A DNA stretch of 64,000 nucleotides, taken from assembly GCF_009914755.1 (NCBI RefSeq), contig NC_060930.1. The stretch is one strand, 5' to 3'. Each line of letters begins with the position of its first letter. The stretch's first letter is position 1. Positions 1-21,628 of this stretch are shown here, piece after piece. The notes under the pieces are model-generated. The model did no database searches and was not told the origin of the DNA. It worked only from the letters and a program-made list of their open reading frames with translations. A program made the translations under genes and the position numbers. This DNA comes from the human T2T-CHM13v2.0 reference genome, Homo sapiens.

Positions 1-479
1 GCACATGACTGTATTAAGTTTTTTAACTGAGACTGGTGGGTTCTCTTCATCAGCATCTGTGAGATATGCTGTCTTTTGACTGCGTATGATCATTATGAGA
101 CAGGCAGAGCAGAAGTTTGGGTCGTCTGACTTTGTGGCTGTGAGACCTTGACTCACAGTAGCAGGTGCTGGCGCTTCTCCCACAGTGTGGAGCATAGAGC
201 AGGAGGCAGGAGCAGGTGGCCAGCTGCCAGCACGGCGGCACTGCAGTGTTGCCTTGTTGAAGATGCCGGCTTGGAATATGAAATGCTAACGGAGAATGGT
301 GGGGGATCTTTAAGCAGAAACTCTGTGAAAATTTTGCTTGATGGGCAGTGATCGCATGTGGAGTGGCTTATTTAAAATAAAAGGGATTGCTTGGCTTCTG
401 ACAACAGAGATGTAGAGTGCAACAAACACTGTTCTTCCTTTCACATTTACCACCACTGCCACCATCACTGTCACCTCCC

Positions 480-642
480 ATTCATTAATTCGTTCATTCA
501 TGCATGCAGTTACTTAACATGTATTTATTGGGTATTCACCATGTGCCAGGCGCTTCTTAAAGTCCTGGACTTTCAACAGTAAACAATTTAAACAAAATCC
601 CTGCCTTCCTGCCTTGTGGAATTAACATTCTAAGAGGCAGAC
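480..642 (-). mobile_element. L2 3'-end fragment
   Basis: attcattcat...tatttattgggtattcaccatgtgccaggc...aaaatccctgcctt. Confidence 0.65.
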
Positions 643-669
643 CTTATGTTAAACAATTTACATCTATTG

Positions 670-860
670 TTTTACATGATCCTTACAATAGCTTGGGAGG
701 CAGACAAAATTATCCCCATTTTACAGATTAAGAAACTGAGGGTTAGAGAAATTAAATGATGTGTCCAGTGTCACATACGAAACTGAGGCGCAGAGAAATT
801 AAATGATGTGTCCAGTGTCATACAGTGGGATCTGATGTCACGCCAGAGGGACTCTAAATT
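670..860. mobile_element. MIR with an internal 47-bp duplication
   Basis: Core atccccattttacagattaagaaactgagg. Confidence 0.8.
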
Positions 861-1635
861 GTGGGCCCCGAGTTGTTTTGCTAGCCTCTTAGGAGCAATG
901 TCTGAGCGGCCAATGAATTGCACGTCAGTTGTACATTTGCGTGGGTTTTCAGCATCACACGTGGGAGGTAAACCTTCACACCACCCCTGTTTTAGATATG
1001 AAGGCCAGTCCTACCCGCCCTCACTGTATTCTCTGGGCAAATTTGGAAACCTTTGGTTTTAGAAACAGACTTCCTAAATTTGGGCCTTTTGATCAAATGG
1101 GGAGAAAAATCAGCTCCCCCGGTAATGTTTCTGAGGATCTCAGGATTCTCAGGCAGATACTTGGTGTGCCTCATTTTCTTCTAGTATTGCCTTCATCTGG
1201 GACATTTTTGCTACCGCATTTCTCAAGGTCTGTGTTCCTTCAGCCTACGTTATTCAAAGTATTGCTTTTTCATCAGAAACAGTGTGGGGAAGCCCTCTTC
1301 AGCACATGAATATTGCCGAGGTTTTTTGCCCATTAATGTAATTACATCCAAGGTGCACATTTACGTTTGTGAGGGATTATTTAATCTTTTGTAATCCTGG
1401 TTGGGTAAAAGTAATTTATATTTTTAATCTCTACTTATGATTGTTATTCTTTTATTTTTACTTTTCTTCCTTGACTATAGCTAAGCAGTAAGGAGTGGTG
1501 CTTGGTCAGATGTTCTGTCAGAAGCATTCTGTGTTTGACCTGAGAAGTAAAGAATATGGAAGGAGTTTTTATTGTTTTCTTCTTTGAATTCTAAGCAGAG
1601 AGGTTATTTCTGATAGTTCACATTACTTTAGAACA

Positions 1636-2217
1636 TTTATTTATTTATTTATTTAGAGACAGAGTCTTGCTCTGTTGCCCAGGCTGGAGTACAGTGGTGC
1701 AATCTCGGCTCACTGCAGCCTCTGCCTCTCGGGTTCTCCTGCCTCAGCCTCCCGAGTAGCTGAGACTACAGGTGGACACTGCCACGCCTGGCTATTTTTT
1801 GTATTTTTTTAGTAGAGATGCGGTTTCACCATGTTGGCTAGGATGGTCTTGATCTCCTGACCTCATGATCTGCCTGCCTTGGCCTCCCAAAGTGCTGGGA
1901 TTACAGGCATGAGCAACCGTGCCGGCCTTTTTTTTTTGAGACACAGTCTCACTTTGTCGCCCAGGCTGGAGTAAGTGCAGTGGCACTATCTTAGCTCATT
2001 GCAACCTCTGCCATCTGGGTTCAAGTGATTCTTCCACCTCAGCCTCCCAAATAGCTAGGGCTACAGGTGCGTGCCACCATGCCTGGCTAATTTTGGGGCA
2101 GAAATGGGGTATCACTGTGTTGGCCAGGCTGGTCTTGGACTCCTGACCTCAAGTGGTCTGCCTGTCTTGGCCTCCCAAAGTGCTGGGATTACAGGTGTGA
2201 ATCACTGCATCTGGCCT
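1636..2217 (-). mobile_element. Two tandem Alus
   Basis: Alu consensus, polyT heads. Confidence 0.95.
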
Positions 2218-2692
2218 AGAACTTATATTTTTAATGTCAGTTTTTCTTATAATTATTTATAGATTAGAACATGTTATTTACATTTCTTATTTGTGATAGG
2301 CATTATGATTGTCAACCCCACTTTATGATGAAGGATATGGGATTCAGGAAGCCTCTAAGTTTTGAAGAGATGAATTGCTAGCCCAGATCTACTGGTTTTG
2401 AAGCCTGAGATGTTTCCACTATTCCCTTATTTTTATTAATAATAATTTGTCATGTGATAGTGGCTCTCAAACTTTTCATTCTGGGGGTGTTCCTATGCCC
2501 CATCTTATCATTTTATATTCTCCAGCTCTTCTCTGGATAGGAACAGAAACCCTCAAGAACATATCTTTGCATGCATGTGTGCACATGCAGTCTAGGATAT
2601 TCAGGTTTTTTATTACAGTCAGGTTTGCAACAATTTTTGCATAGTTTTTGACTAGGTATTAGTAAAACATGGTGTTTTTTATGGATTAATTT

Positions 2693-2694
<2 letters not shown>

Positions 2695-2724
<30 letters not shown>
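2695..2724. repeat. (GT)n microsatellite
   Basis: Direct reading. Confidence 0.95.
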
Positions 2725-2728
<4 letters not shown>

Positions 2729-3331
2729 CATATATTTTCCTCCCAACATTTTATTAAGAAAATTTGCAAGAATATAGAAAAATCAAAAGAATTGTATAGT
2801 GAACACCCATAAACCCACCACTTGATTCTATAATTGTTAATAGCTTGCCATTTTTGCTTTTACATGGGTCATTTTACATTGTATCCTTCAAAATAGAATA
2901 CTTCGTAAGTGGTAATTTACATTTTTCTCAGAGATCTTTGCCAAGGAATTTAATTTTAGATGCCTGTTAACACATATGTCCTGTTATATTATTATCTCAG
3001 AATAAAGCATTAGAAAGATCAAGTCTAGTTGTATGATTTGGAACTCTCTGGTTTTTGTAATTTTAGGATGGAGAACTAAATTGACAGTATACGACTGTAG
3101 TTGGGCAGTCTAAAGAACTTGAGAAACCTTACATAGTTTGAAACCCCAAGTGACTTTATAAATTCATAGAACTAAAGTCATTTGGGTGACCTCAGTAATA
3201 AAAAATGAAATCAGACAATGCAAAACCATCGGAAATATCTGAGGAATGTTGGAGATAATTCATGTGTACAGGAGGTTCTGGCAGAGAAGGGATCTACATA
3301 TAAAATGTATCAAAAGGTCAGAATTGTTTTA

Positions 3332-3784
<453 letters not shown>

Positions 3785-3944
3785 TCACAGAGTCCCTTTT
3801 CTGTCTTAATGTGGAAGGCTTTCATTTACACTGGCTGTTATTTTATTTTATTTTACCTATTTTAGTAACAGAAATGAGGCTGCTGGGTCTGAAGGAAGCA
3901 GAGCTCATGATTTAATAGCATTCATTCTTCTTCTGTATTTACCT

Positions 3945-3991
3945 CACACACACACACCCCCCCCCCCACACACACACACACCCACACACAC
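3945..3991. repeat. Compound (CA)n-(C)n-(CA)n microsatellite
   Basis: Direct reading. Confidence 0.95.
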
Positions 3992-4392
3992 CAAATTAAC
4001 ATTTTGGGAATTCCCGTGTTTTGTGTTATGTGACTTGGCCTCCGTGGCAACCTCTGACTTCAGTCCCGGGGCTTGTGGTTACTTGGGTGGTACATCCTTG
4101 TGCTGCCGCCTGTTGCTGGCCAGCTCTGTGACCTTTTGCAAGTCACTTAAGGTCTCTGTTTCTTTATCTGTAATTCCAGAGGGTTGGACTAGGGAATTTT
4201 GCAGGTTTATCCCACCAGCACTAAAAATTCCCTGTTCTGTGTTCACATTAACATTTTTTCCCTCCTCCCTGCGCTTCTCCCCTGACCCCGCCCTGACTTA
4301 AATGTTTTGTGCTCAGGCTAATTTTTATAACTATTACACTGATGGTCTTCAATAATGGCTCTTATTATTGGCCAATTAAGATTAGAAAGCAT

Positions 4393-4719
<327 letters not shown>

Positions 4720-4880
4720 TCATGTGGAAAAAGATTGTGTGTGTGCCTATATGGGTAGATGGATGTATGCGTATGTAAAATACAGTTTTCATCCAGATAA
4801 GGAATTAAAGGCTTATCTGTCTATGGTAGAGGCTGGTCTGTAATATTAGGTAAAAATCTTTCTGTTGGATATGTAGATCC

Positions 4881-6230
4881 TTTTTCTTTTGAGATAGGGT
4901 CTCAGTCTGTCACCCAGGCTGGAGTGCAGTGGTGCAGTCATGGCTCACTGCAGCCTTGACCTCCCCAGGCTCAATAGATCCTCCCACCTCAGCTCCCAAG
5001 TAACTGGGACTACTGGCATGCACTACCACACCTGGCTAATTTTTTGTATTTTTAGTAGAGATGGGGTTTCACCGTGTTAGCCAGGATGGTCTCAATCTCC
5101 TGTCTTGCTCTGTCTCCCAGGCTGTAGTGCAGTGGCACAGTCTTGGCTCACTGCAGCCTCTGCCTCCCGAGTTCTCCCACTTCAGCCTCATGAGTAGGTG
5201 AGACTATAGGCGCATGCCACCACGCCCAGCTAATTTTTGTATTTTTAGTAGAGACGAGGTTTCACTGTGTTGGCCAGGCTGATCTCAAACTCCTGGCTTC
5301 AAGTGATCTGCCCGCATTGGCCTCCCAGAGGCTGGAATTATGGCATGAGCCATCGCCCCTGGCCCTGGCTAATTTTTTTATTTTTACTTTTTGTAGAGAT
5401 AGGGTCTCCCTATGTTGTCCAGGGTGGTCTTGAACTCCTGGGCTCAAGTGATCTGCCCACATCAGCCTCCCTTGTAGCTTGGACCACAGGTGTGCACTCC
5501 CAGGCTTGGCTAATTTTTTTTTTTTTCTGTTAGCTAATTGTTTAATTTTTTTCTGGTAGAGACAGTCTCCCTATGTTGCCCAGGCTGGTCTCCTAGGCTC
5601 AAGTGATCCTCCCACCTCAGCCTCCCAAAGTGTTGGAATCACAGGCATGAGCCACCGTGCCCAGCCTTTGTTATTTTTAAAATGATGAAGGTATTACCTT
5701 AAAAATCTCTTGCCACATGTTTGTCCGGGATAATTTGTGTATTCACATACTTAGAATATGTACATTTTGAAAACCTTTGATTAAGTGGTTTTCTTCTATA
5801 AAATATGAAGGTTTGTGATCCTGTTCTCCTATTCATCATCCCGCCTCCACAATAACATAAAAGATCTGAAAATGCTGCTTTATCTTTTGGGTATTTTTAT
5901 TTATTTTATTTTATTTTATTTTATTTTATTTTATTTTATTTTATTTTTTTGAGAGAGAGTCTCTATGTATCCCAGGCTGGAGTGCAGTGGCGTGATCTCG
6001 GCTCACTGCAACCTCTGCCCCCTGGGTTCAGGCAATTCTCCTGTCTCAGCCTCCTGAGTAGCTGGGATTACAGGCGTGTATCACCACACCTGGCTAATTT
6101 TTGTAGTTTTAGTAGAGACAGGGTTTCACCATATTGGTCAGGCTGGTTCCGAACTCCTGACCTCAGGTGATCTACCCTCCTCGGCCTCCCAAAGTGCTGG
6201 GATTATAGGCGTAAGTCACCATGCCCAGCC
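4881..6230 (-). mobile_element. Cluster of nested and fragmented Alus plus one full Alu (5895-6230)
   Basis: Multiple Alu arms; (ATTTT)n tail. Confidence 0.9.
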
Positions 6231-8874
6231 TTTTTGGGGTATTTTTAAAATGTAAGGTCTTTCATCAAAGGATATAGCAAGACCCCAAAACACTCTGAAC
6301 CTCTGCTGTATATAACTTTTATTTAAGATAATTTAATGGTTCATTTTTAATAAAAAAGCACCACGTTGGGGTAACAAGGACTTCCAATGTACAAGACTGT
6401 AGTTCAGCCAACTTAAAAATGAAAGAACTCTAGCAAGGAACACAAGTAAGTTTATACCCGATATTTTGCAAATCATGATATTATTTTTAAGGGCCTCTCT
6501 TGAGGCAGGGTTTTTATGATCATAACATTCCAGCTGTGGTTTTGGAGGCAGAATGTTTACTACTGCTCTAAATGCAAGGATGGTAGGTGTGTATTCTTAC
6601 TGCTAAAGGGCTTAAAAAAGAAGCTGAGGCTCCCTTCAAGTGAGTAAACCTTTATTCGGCTGACTTGGGAGCCGTGTTCCTATGGAACTTCGGTGGTAAT
6701 TATGGAATGCAGGCCCAACAACAGCCCAGTCATGGGCGAGCCTGGCCTCTCCGAGGCATGATGGCAGGCTGTCCCGGCTAATGGCTTCAGGCAGCCCATG
6801 GAAAACCACTTTCTGGTTAAGTCTGCATCATACTGTTCCACCAATGGAAAAAATTGAACATGATGAGGGTGTGTAGCTAGCAGACAAAAATATATCCAGC
6901 ATTGCACAGGATCTGTTTTTAGCTCTCAACGGCTGAGCATTTGAAGTGTTAGACACTGTTTCCTGGCTTACCATGAGCAGAAGGAAGAGTGAGTTTGTGG
7001 ATGTGTATATAGATTCTAGCTTTGTGAAACTTTTCTTATTAACGAACAGACCCCGAGAAATACTGGCTACATCCAAAGTTCTGGCAAAGGTAAGGTTATA
7101 AATGTTTACTTCCCCTCTTCTGGAGTTGAGACGTAATTTTACATGTGAGATAAAAATGTTTCTCAAAATGCTCCCACCGGCAATATATAAGTGCTGACTT
7201 ATTTTTGTCTGACATTATTTTGTACTTAGGCAGCACACGTTGCTGTGCATAAGGGAATTGTTGCCTTTAAATTGGAGTGTCTGTGTGCTTTCAAACACCT
7301 ATTGGTGATTTATTGCAGTTGCCTGCGCCGTTTTACTAATTAACTCTCCAAAATTTGTACGTATTGTATGGATTTATTTTTCCTGATGGTCTCAAGAAAG
7401 TACCACTTCTCAGTGTGATCATGTTAAAGCATTGATGACTATTACTTTACCAGTTAATTTTTTCAGAGTAGAAAGGGAAATTAAGATGTGGCAGAGATTG
7501 TATTTTGCAGTTTTTGGGTTATTATATCATCTCATCAGGGCTTAATTTTTAGCTGAGTGGGCTATTTGGCTTAAGAGTTTCTTTTCAAACTTGTAATTTG
7601 ACTTTCGCTGTTTAGTATCGTTTGTCTTTTTGTCTTAAACTTTATGAAAAAGAAATGGAATCCCTTGTAATCTTGGGAGGGGGGTACTTGTTTAAGAGGA
7701 GTGATTGATTCATATTCTAGTCCATTAGAGGCTGCTCATTCATTAGGGTATTTGAAACACCAGAAGCACAAGTACTGCTGAACGTCTGGTGTGTGCTCAT
7801 CAGCAGGGGCCGAGGAGCCCTGGCTTTGGTGTAGTTCTTCCTTGGCTTTACATTAATTTGGCCAAGCATGTAATTCGCAGAAAATTGGTAGGTGGAGAGA
7901 CAGAAATAGGGAGCTTTATTGAAGTCATTGTAACTTACAGGATTATTTATAGAATTTCTGGAAAGTAAGGGTACGGGTGAACAGCTGCTGGAGTTTTTCC
8001 TAACAGGTTTAAACATTTTGTTGTGGCCTTTTGTCACACTTAGGGATTCTAAAATTTTATACTTTCAGCATTATGAGGTTATGAATTATTTTCAGGCAGG
8101 CTACGTGGGTTCGTTTTCAGCTGTGCTGGGTCAGGGCTGTCATCTCCATCGGTGTATTGGGCATCCCCCATGTGTTCACTTCCTTTACAGACACGTCTTT
8201 AGGGATGGAGGAATGTGAGTGTGGTTCAGGCAGGTTACAGTTCATAGAAAGATTGGTCATATTTTATTGATGACTTTTCCTTTTCATCTAAAAAATGCGG
8301 CTCTGACAGAGCCAGCAAGCACTGAGAGCAGGAACAGTGCACTGACCGCCGCCTTCTCCGGTCACATTAACACTTGTCACCTACTTTGATTTTTGCCAGA
8401 GCTTGTGGACAGAAAGTGAAGTCCATTGAAGAACTTAATGACTCAAATTCATACTGACCAGACCGTAAATAGTGTTTTGAATGCAAATAGATAACACCTT
8501 TTTTCAATACTTTAGTGCAGAGGGAGTGACTTTCCAAAGCCCTCTCATTAGATCAGGCCTGCAGGAAGGATGCCTGGAAGTGCGAGATAAGCGTTAGGCT
8601 CCTTGTGAAGAGATTAGTTTTCCAGTGGGTAAGTGGGTCCTTCACTTACCCATTAAGTAAAACAGATGATTCTGTCTTGGTGGTCTGAGATTGCGTTTGA
8701 GCAGAGCCATGCTTTCTTTTGCAAAATTAGTTAAGGGTCTTTGCAGCTTCTTCCCACCAGAAGTATTGAATAAAAAACCACAAAGTGTAAATATCTGATG
8801 GGGCACTTTACTATATGTGTATGTGCCTCTAGGTTTGACTCACTTTGTAAGATTCCCTTATGTGATTATAATAA

Positions 8875-9209
<335 letters not shown>

Positions 9210-9873
9210 TTCAGCTTTTAGATTTAGAAAAATACAGGCCGTGAAGAACAAGGTCTATTTGGACATTTTTTAAAGGAATAATTTGCATCTTTTTTGTTTT
9301 GAAATTAAGTGTGCCTTCTACATGAAGGTAATAACAGCTTTACTAGAAGGGCTAGAAAAAAGATAAAGGTATGGAATAGAAAGAAATAGCAGCAGTATTA
9401 AAAACAGTAAAAAGTAATAATAATGGTAGTAGATAAACCTGAATGTCTGACTGTTGAATTCTATTAACAGGGTGGAATGTCTTTTTATTACTCAGTTCTA
9501 CTTAAAACAGGCTTACAAATATCAGGAGGCTTCAACATCAGTGTCTCAGGAAACATATTGAACACTCATTTTTCAGGTCTTTATAGTCCATAGTATTGTA
9601 GAGATAGAACATTAGAGCTGAAAATGGACCTTAGGCAGTTTTTCAAAGGAGACAATTGAAGAACCACAGAACTGAAGCGACTTGTCCGAAGCCACAGAGA
9701 TGGTTAGTTACCCAGCTGGAAGGAAATTCCAGGTATCCTGTTAGTCTTTTTCTTACTCTACCTGTTCCTTAATTGAGGAAACTTTGGCACATCCTGATGT
9801 ATCTTAGATAATTGATAGAGACTTGTGTATGCATACACATGTGTGCAAATATATACAGACAAATGCACAGACT

Positions 9874-10347
<474 letters not shown>

Positions 10348-11232
10348 TAAAGCTCTAGTAGAGAAAAGGGCTTTTGCTTTTCCCATAGCCTAGTCAAATT
10401 CAAAGCTGTACATTCAATCTGTGACCATCAGCTCTCTGACTGTTGCCAGAGAGAATTTTAGGTGCACACATGTTACCCTAACCTATGTGATAAGACAGGT
10501 TTGATTAGACTTCATCTGTCAGTCTCTTCCTGGTTCAGTCTTAGATTGGTTTTCTTTGGTTTATAGTCACATTCCAATAGAAGACTGTTTAGGTTTTGTT
10601 ACTTCTGTGCCTTACAAAAAAGAAGCCCTGGAAGGGAACAGAAACACAGCAGATGAGGCCTGGCTTTAGTGCCAAGGTGATGTAAGGCACTTTTGGAAAA
10701 GTAAAGTTTACACAAAAAGTGATAGGCCAAGTTATCATTTACACTTAAGGAAAGGGATGCAGTGGGCTCCACAGATAATGTCAGGATGAAGTTGATTCAG
10801 GGTGTTCCTAGGACTTGAATAAAGGTTAAAAAATCCTGGGTATTGTTCAAGCACTGGAAAGTGAGAATAATCCTTATCCTGCCTTTGTGCTTGACCCTGA
10901 CCCATCTCTATAGTCGCAGAATTGCTAGAGTCGGATTTCTAAAATGGAGATGTGGGGAAGGGCTAAGGAGAGACAGAGTTTGCAAGCTTTTAAAGACAAA
11001 AGCTAGAATCCATATGATTAAAGGCAATGAGAAGAAACCAAGTGGAGAGAATAAAGACAGGCTCTTTTTCGAGTTACCCTTGGCCACCCCTGGAAGGTGG
11101 AAAAAGGCATCTTAAAGATAAATGAAAGGAAGCTTTATACACAGACACAGTAGTGAACCGAGGAAACTCATGACATTAGGAGGCACTGGAGAGTAAAGCG
11201 CTTCATGGAAAGTGTCCATATATTCTTGGAAT

Positions 11233-11260
<28 letters not shown>
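11233..11260. repeat. (CA)n microsatellite
   Basis: Direct reading. Confidence 0.95.
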
Positions 11261-11263
<3 letters not shown>

Positions 11264-11699
11264 CCGTTGAAAATTGATAGGATGATCACAAATGTATCCA
11301 AACAGCCAGACAAGTTAACTATAAAACAACAACAATAACAAGCCCCCTGAAATAACAGGAAACTAACAATAACCATCACTTACCTTTTTAAGAAATGTCA
11401 CAGTGGGAAAAAAATAGAAATTACAAGACAACACAGTGACATGCAGGTAATGAAGGAGTTTCTCACTGGAGCTCTTGTATCCTGACACCCTACTGCATGT
11501 ATGTGATGTTGGTGCCTCTCAAACGTTTCTGAAGTTTCTGTGATAGGAGGGGCAGTTGCTCTAGAGCCACCTCCTCTTGTGCGTGCAATTCCTCTCCCTT
11601 TGACCCATTCTAGGACATTTTAGGAATGGCCCCTCTCTCTGCACCACATCACATTTTCCCTTTAATTCTCATTGCGTGCTGGAATTTTTCCTGAAGATA

Positions 11700-16035
<4,336 letters not shown>

Positions 16036-17271
16036 GAATGGATTAGGCCCTTCCCCCTCCATCCATGTATCATCTACTTTGGATATGAAAAAATGTTAAA
16101 TTTCTATAAATTAGCAAATTTAAACTATACCAACTAGTATATATATGTTGTTTTTTTTCCTGAAAGTTTCTATAAAGTTGTTAGCTAAAATCTTATCAGG
16201 TTTGTTGTGAATACTCATATGAATTAAGGAAAATTTCAGCAATGATTGGTTAATTTACCTGCAGCCCTCAGGGAGAATCTACATTGTAGCCTGAAGACAT
16301 ACATTTCTAAAAATGACTCTCAAACAAGGCAAAAACCCTTGTGAAGTAGAATAGTTACACATTTTATGAAGGTGGGGAAAGCACCCATTTAGATGAGGGG
16401 AAAAAAATATGTGGTTTAAGCCCCGTTCATTTTTTAACTTAAATGAAACAGTGCATAATGAAGAAATGTTTTGCCAAGAATAACTTGGTACAATGACCGT
16501 GGTAGATTTTGGTTACAGAGTGTGATTGGGGTTTAGGAGGACGGTATCTGCTTCTGATGTACTGAAGCTCGGGCCTTTTACATCCATGCAGGTTTCCATA
16601 GTCAGCAAGAAGCTGTGTGGTTGCAGTCTGAGATTCCAGCGCATGATGCTGTTTAAGTTTTGATGTAAACCTTGGGAAGTGCTTACCCAGGCCTAAGCTT
16701 GCTCTTTGTGGAGTGGCTCAAGCTCAGAAAGGTTAAAAACGGAGGTTATTTAAAAGTCACACTCACAATTTTGAATCCCATGTTTATAAAAGTTATAAAA
16801 GAGGGCCATTTAAAAGACATGCTAACAGCTTTAGGTCTTTTGAATCTTTGTTCTGGTAGTCACCAGAACAGGACCACGAAGTTTATAGAGGCCAGGATGT
16901 TGGACAAGTTTTAGCTGAGACTTGAAGTAGACGGGGGAGAAAGGGCAGAGTGGGACTGAACATTTGATATATTAAAAAAAAAAAAATACATGTTTCAAAG
17001 AGCCGTGGTGAGAATGTGTAAAATGCCTTTGAATAATTTCTAAAAGAAAAATAAGGAAAATATTTCGTCTTATCCAGGATTATTTTAGACAATATTGATT
17101 CTGTAATTTAAAAAATTAAAAAACAAAATTTTTATTGGGCAGCCCCTGAACCAGAATAGGTTCAGAGAAGCTCCTTGATTTTGTAATTTTGCTTGAAAGT
17201 GTGTGTGTGTGTTTAAATTTCCTGAAATATTTTCAGTTTCTGCAATGGCTCACATATAGCCGGGCCACTGA

Positions 17272-19550
<2,279 letters not shown>

Positions 19551-20588
19551 AACAATGACTTTTCGAATGTTTTGGGACTCGTCGGAGCTTGGCTCTCCTT
19601 GGATTTTCTTAGAGTGGATGTACCATTCTGGCAAAACTACCTCTTGTGGTTTTATAAGTCAGTTTTTAAAACATTTCTTTTTTAATCGTGACTCAAGAAG
19701 ACATAATTTTACTTCACAACCCAGTATATGGACAAACACACAAGCACACACAAGAATTTAGTTTCATGAAACAAATTTTACTCTTACTGGGATTCACTCG
19801 TCTATTTTCCGTTCTGCTAGTCTCTCTTCTGCTCTATTTTGTTCTCTTGTATTCATTTAAAAATACTGGTATCAATTCATCGAATGGATTTCATAACCCA
19901 ACAATGGGCCACGGCCCACGGCTTGATCAGCCTTCTTTAAGCCATGCTGCAGATGTTGGGATGTTTTCTAAAACAGGTGTGAGTGCGGAGATCCTCCTTG
20001 TGATAAATTGACTTACTAAGGTGATGAACTGGACAAAAAGCTGAGCTATTGTCTCTGTGGAATTTATGACTTTCCCGCTTGTTGAATACCAGCCATGCTT
20101 GTCAGCGGAGATCCTGCTTGGAGGGCATTCCTTGCCGCAGATGGGTCTATCCATTCATCTGTTAATATGCATTTGGAAGGAGTCCCGCTGAATTCAAAGA
20201 TGACCAGTGAGGCCCAACAATGAAAGCTTAGCTTCTGAGGCCCTTCACAGCAGCTTGCTTTCTGCTCACTTTATTTGTAAGGATTACTCTTCCTAAGCAT
20301 TATTCCTATGGGGACCAGATGTTCCTTTTGCCTGCCTCTTTATATAAATTGGGTTCAAGTCTTCTTGTGATTAGAAATGAGCTCCTTCAAGTCTTGGTAT
20401 TCAATTCATGCATTCTGAGTGTAGTTCATTGACTCAGGATGAGAGAAACAGATTCTGGCAGTATTTACAGAGTTTATTAGTAAGTTTGGATCCCTGGTAG
20501 AGGTGAATGCTTTTGTTTTAGATTTTTAGGCACATTTGTCCTGAGTTTTAATATTTTCAGTGATAGAGACAATAATAAAACTTCAGGG

Positions 20589-20805
20589 CAGGATTTCTCA
20601 GCTTTGGAACTACTGACATATTAGGCCAGATAATTAATTATTTGTTGTGGCGAACTGTCCTGTATGTTGTACGGGGTTCAGTAGTATCCCCCTAGCCTTA
20701 ACCCACTAGGTGACAGTAGCAGACCCCAGTTGTGACAACCAAAAATATTCCCAGACATGCCACATGTCCCTTGGGGGACAAAATCACCGTAGTTGAGAAT
20801 GACTG
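20589..20805. mobile_element. MER20 (hAT-Charlie) DNA transposon
   Basis: CAG...CTG ends, cccagttgtgacaaccaaaaat...ccagacat; 8-bp TSD-like cttcaggg/ctttaagg. Confidence 0.85.
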
Positions 20806-21289
20806 CTTTAAGGTTGTACCAGTTCAATGTGCATTCAGGTTATTTTCTTACATTTCCTAACGTGAGTTATCTACTAATGAGAGTGTATGGCTTGTGTCAC
20901 TGGTTTTCTTTACATTTGATAGACTGCTTGCAAATTAGGTAGTTTTATATGCTGTAATAATTTGGAGGAATTGATCAAAATGAAATGCTAAAACCTAGAA
21001 GATTCTAAATTTATCTATATATAATATTTAATTTAATAATAGATAATGAAAGATCTGAAATGACAGTTTTAATAAGATCTAATATCATAATATACAAAAT
21101 CAGACTTAAAGCTAAAATTTAATAATACTTTATGTTGCATTATTGAATAATGAGTAGGTAATGACAGACCTGAAACAGCAGTTATTATGAGATCTGATAT
21201 CATAACATACAAAATTAGACTTATAACTACAAATTAATAATAGTACTCTGTTGCATTTCCCAGTATTTTAGATGGTTTCACATATGTTT

Positions 21290-21450
21290 CCACACTTGAT
21301 TCTCAGTCTGTGAGGTAGTAGTGCAGATATTTTTATCCTCAAGTTGCAAATGAGGAAAAAGAAATTCAGAAAGCTTGAGCAGTTTGCCCAAAGTCTCACA
21401 TGCTGTTTGAGAGACAGAAGCAGGGCTTAACCCGAGTTCGCTGACACAAA
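21290..21450. mobile_element. MIR
   Basis: aatgaggaaaaagaaattcagaaagcttgagcagtttgcccaaagtctcaca. Confidence 0.65.
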
Positions 21451-21628
21451 CCAGACTAGAATTTACGGAGACTCCTCTCCTTAGTGGTTAAAGCTGTCCC
21501 CGACCCTCCCCAAATAAAGAAAACCAAGTAGATATTGTTATGGTTAATGATGGCTAGCCCTTTTGTTATCTGGCTCTTGTCACTATCTGAAGTATTTGCC
21601 TGGGACTAGGATGAGGGTCCTAGTTTAG

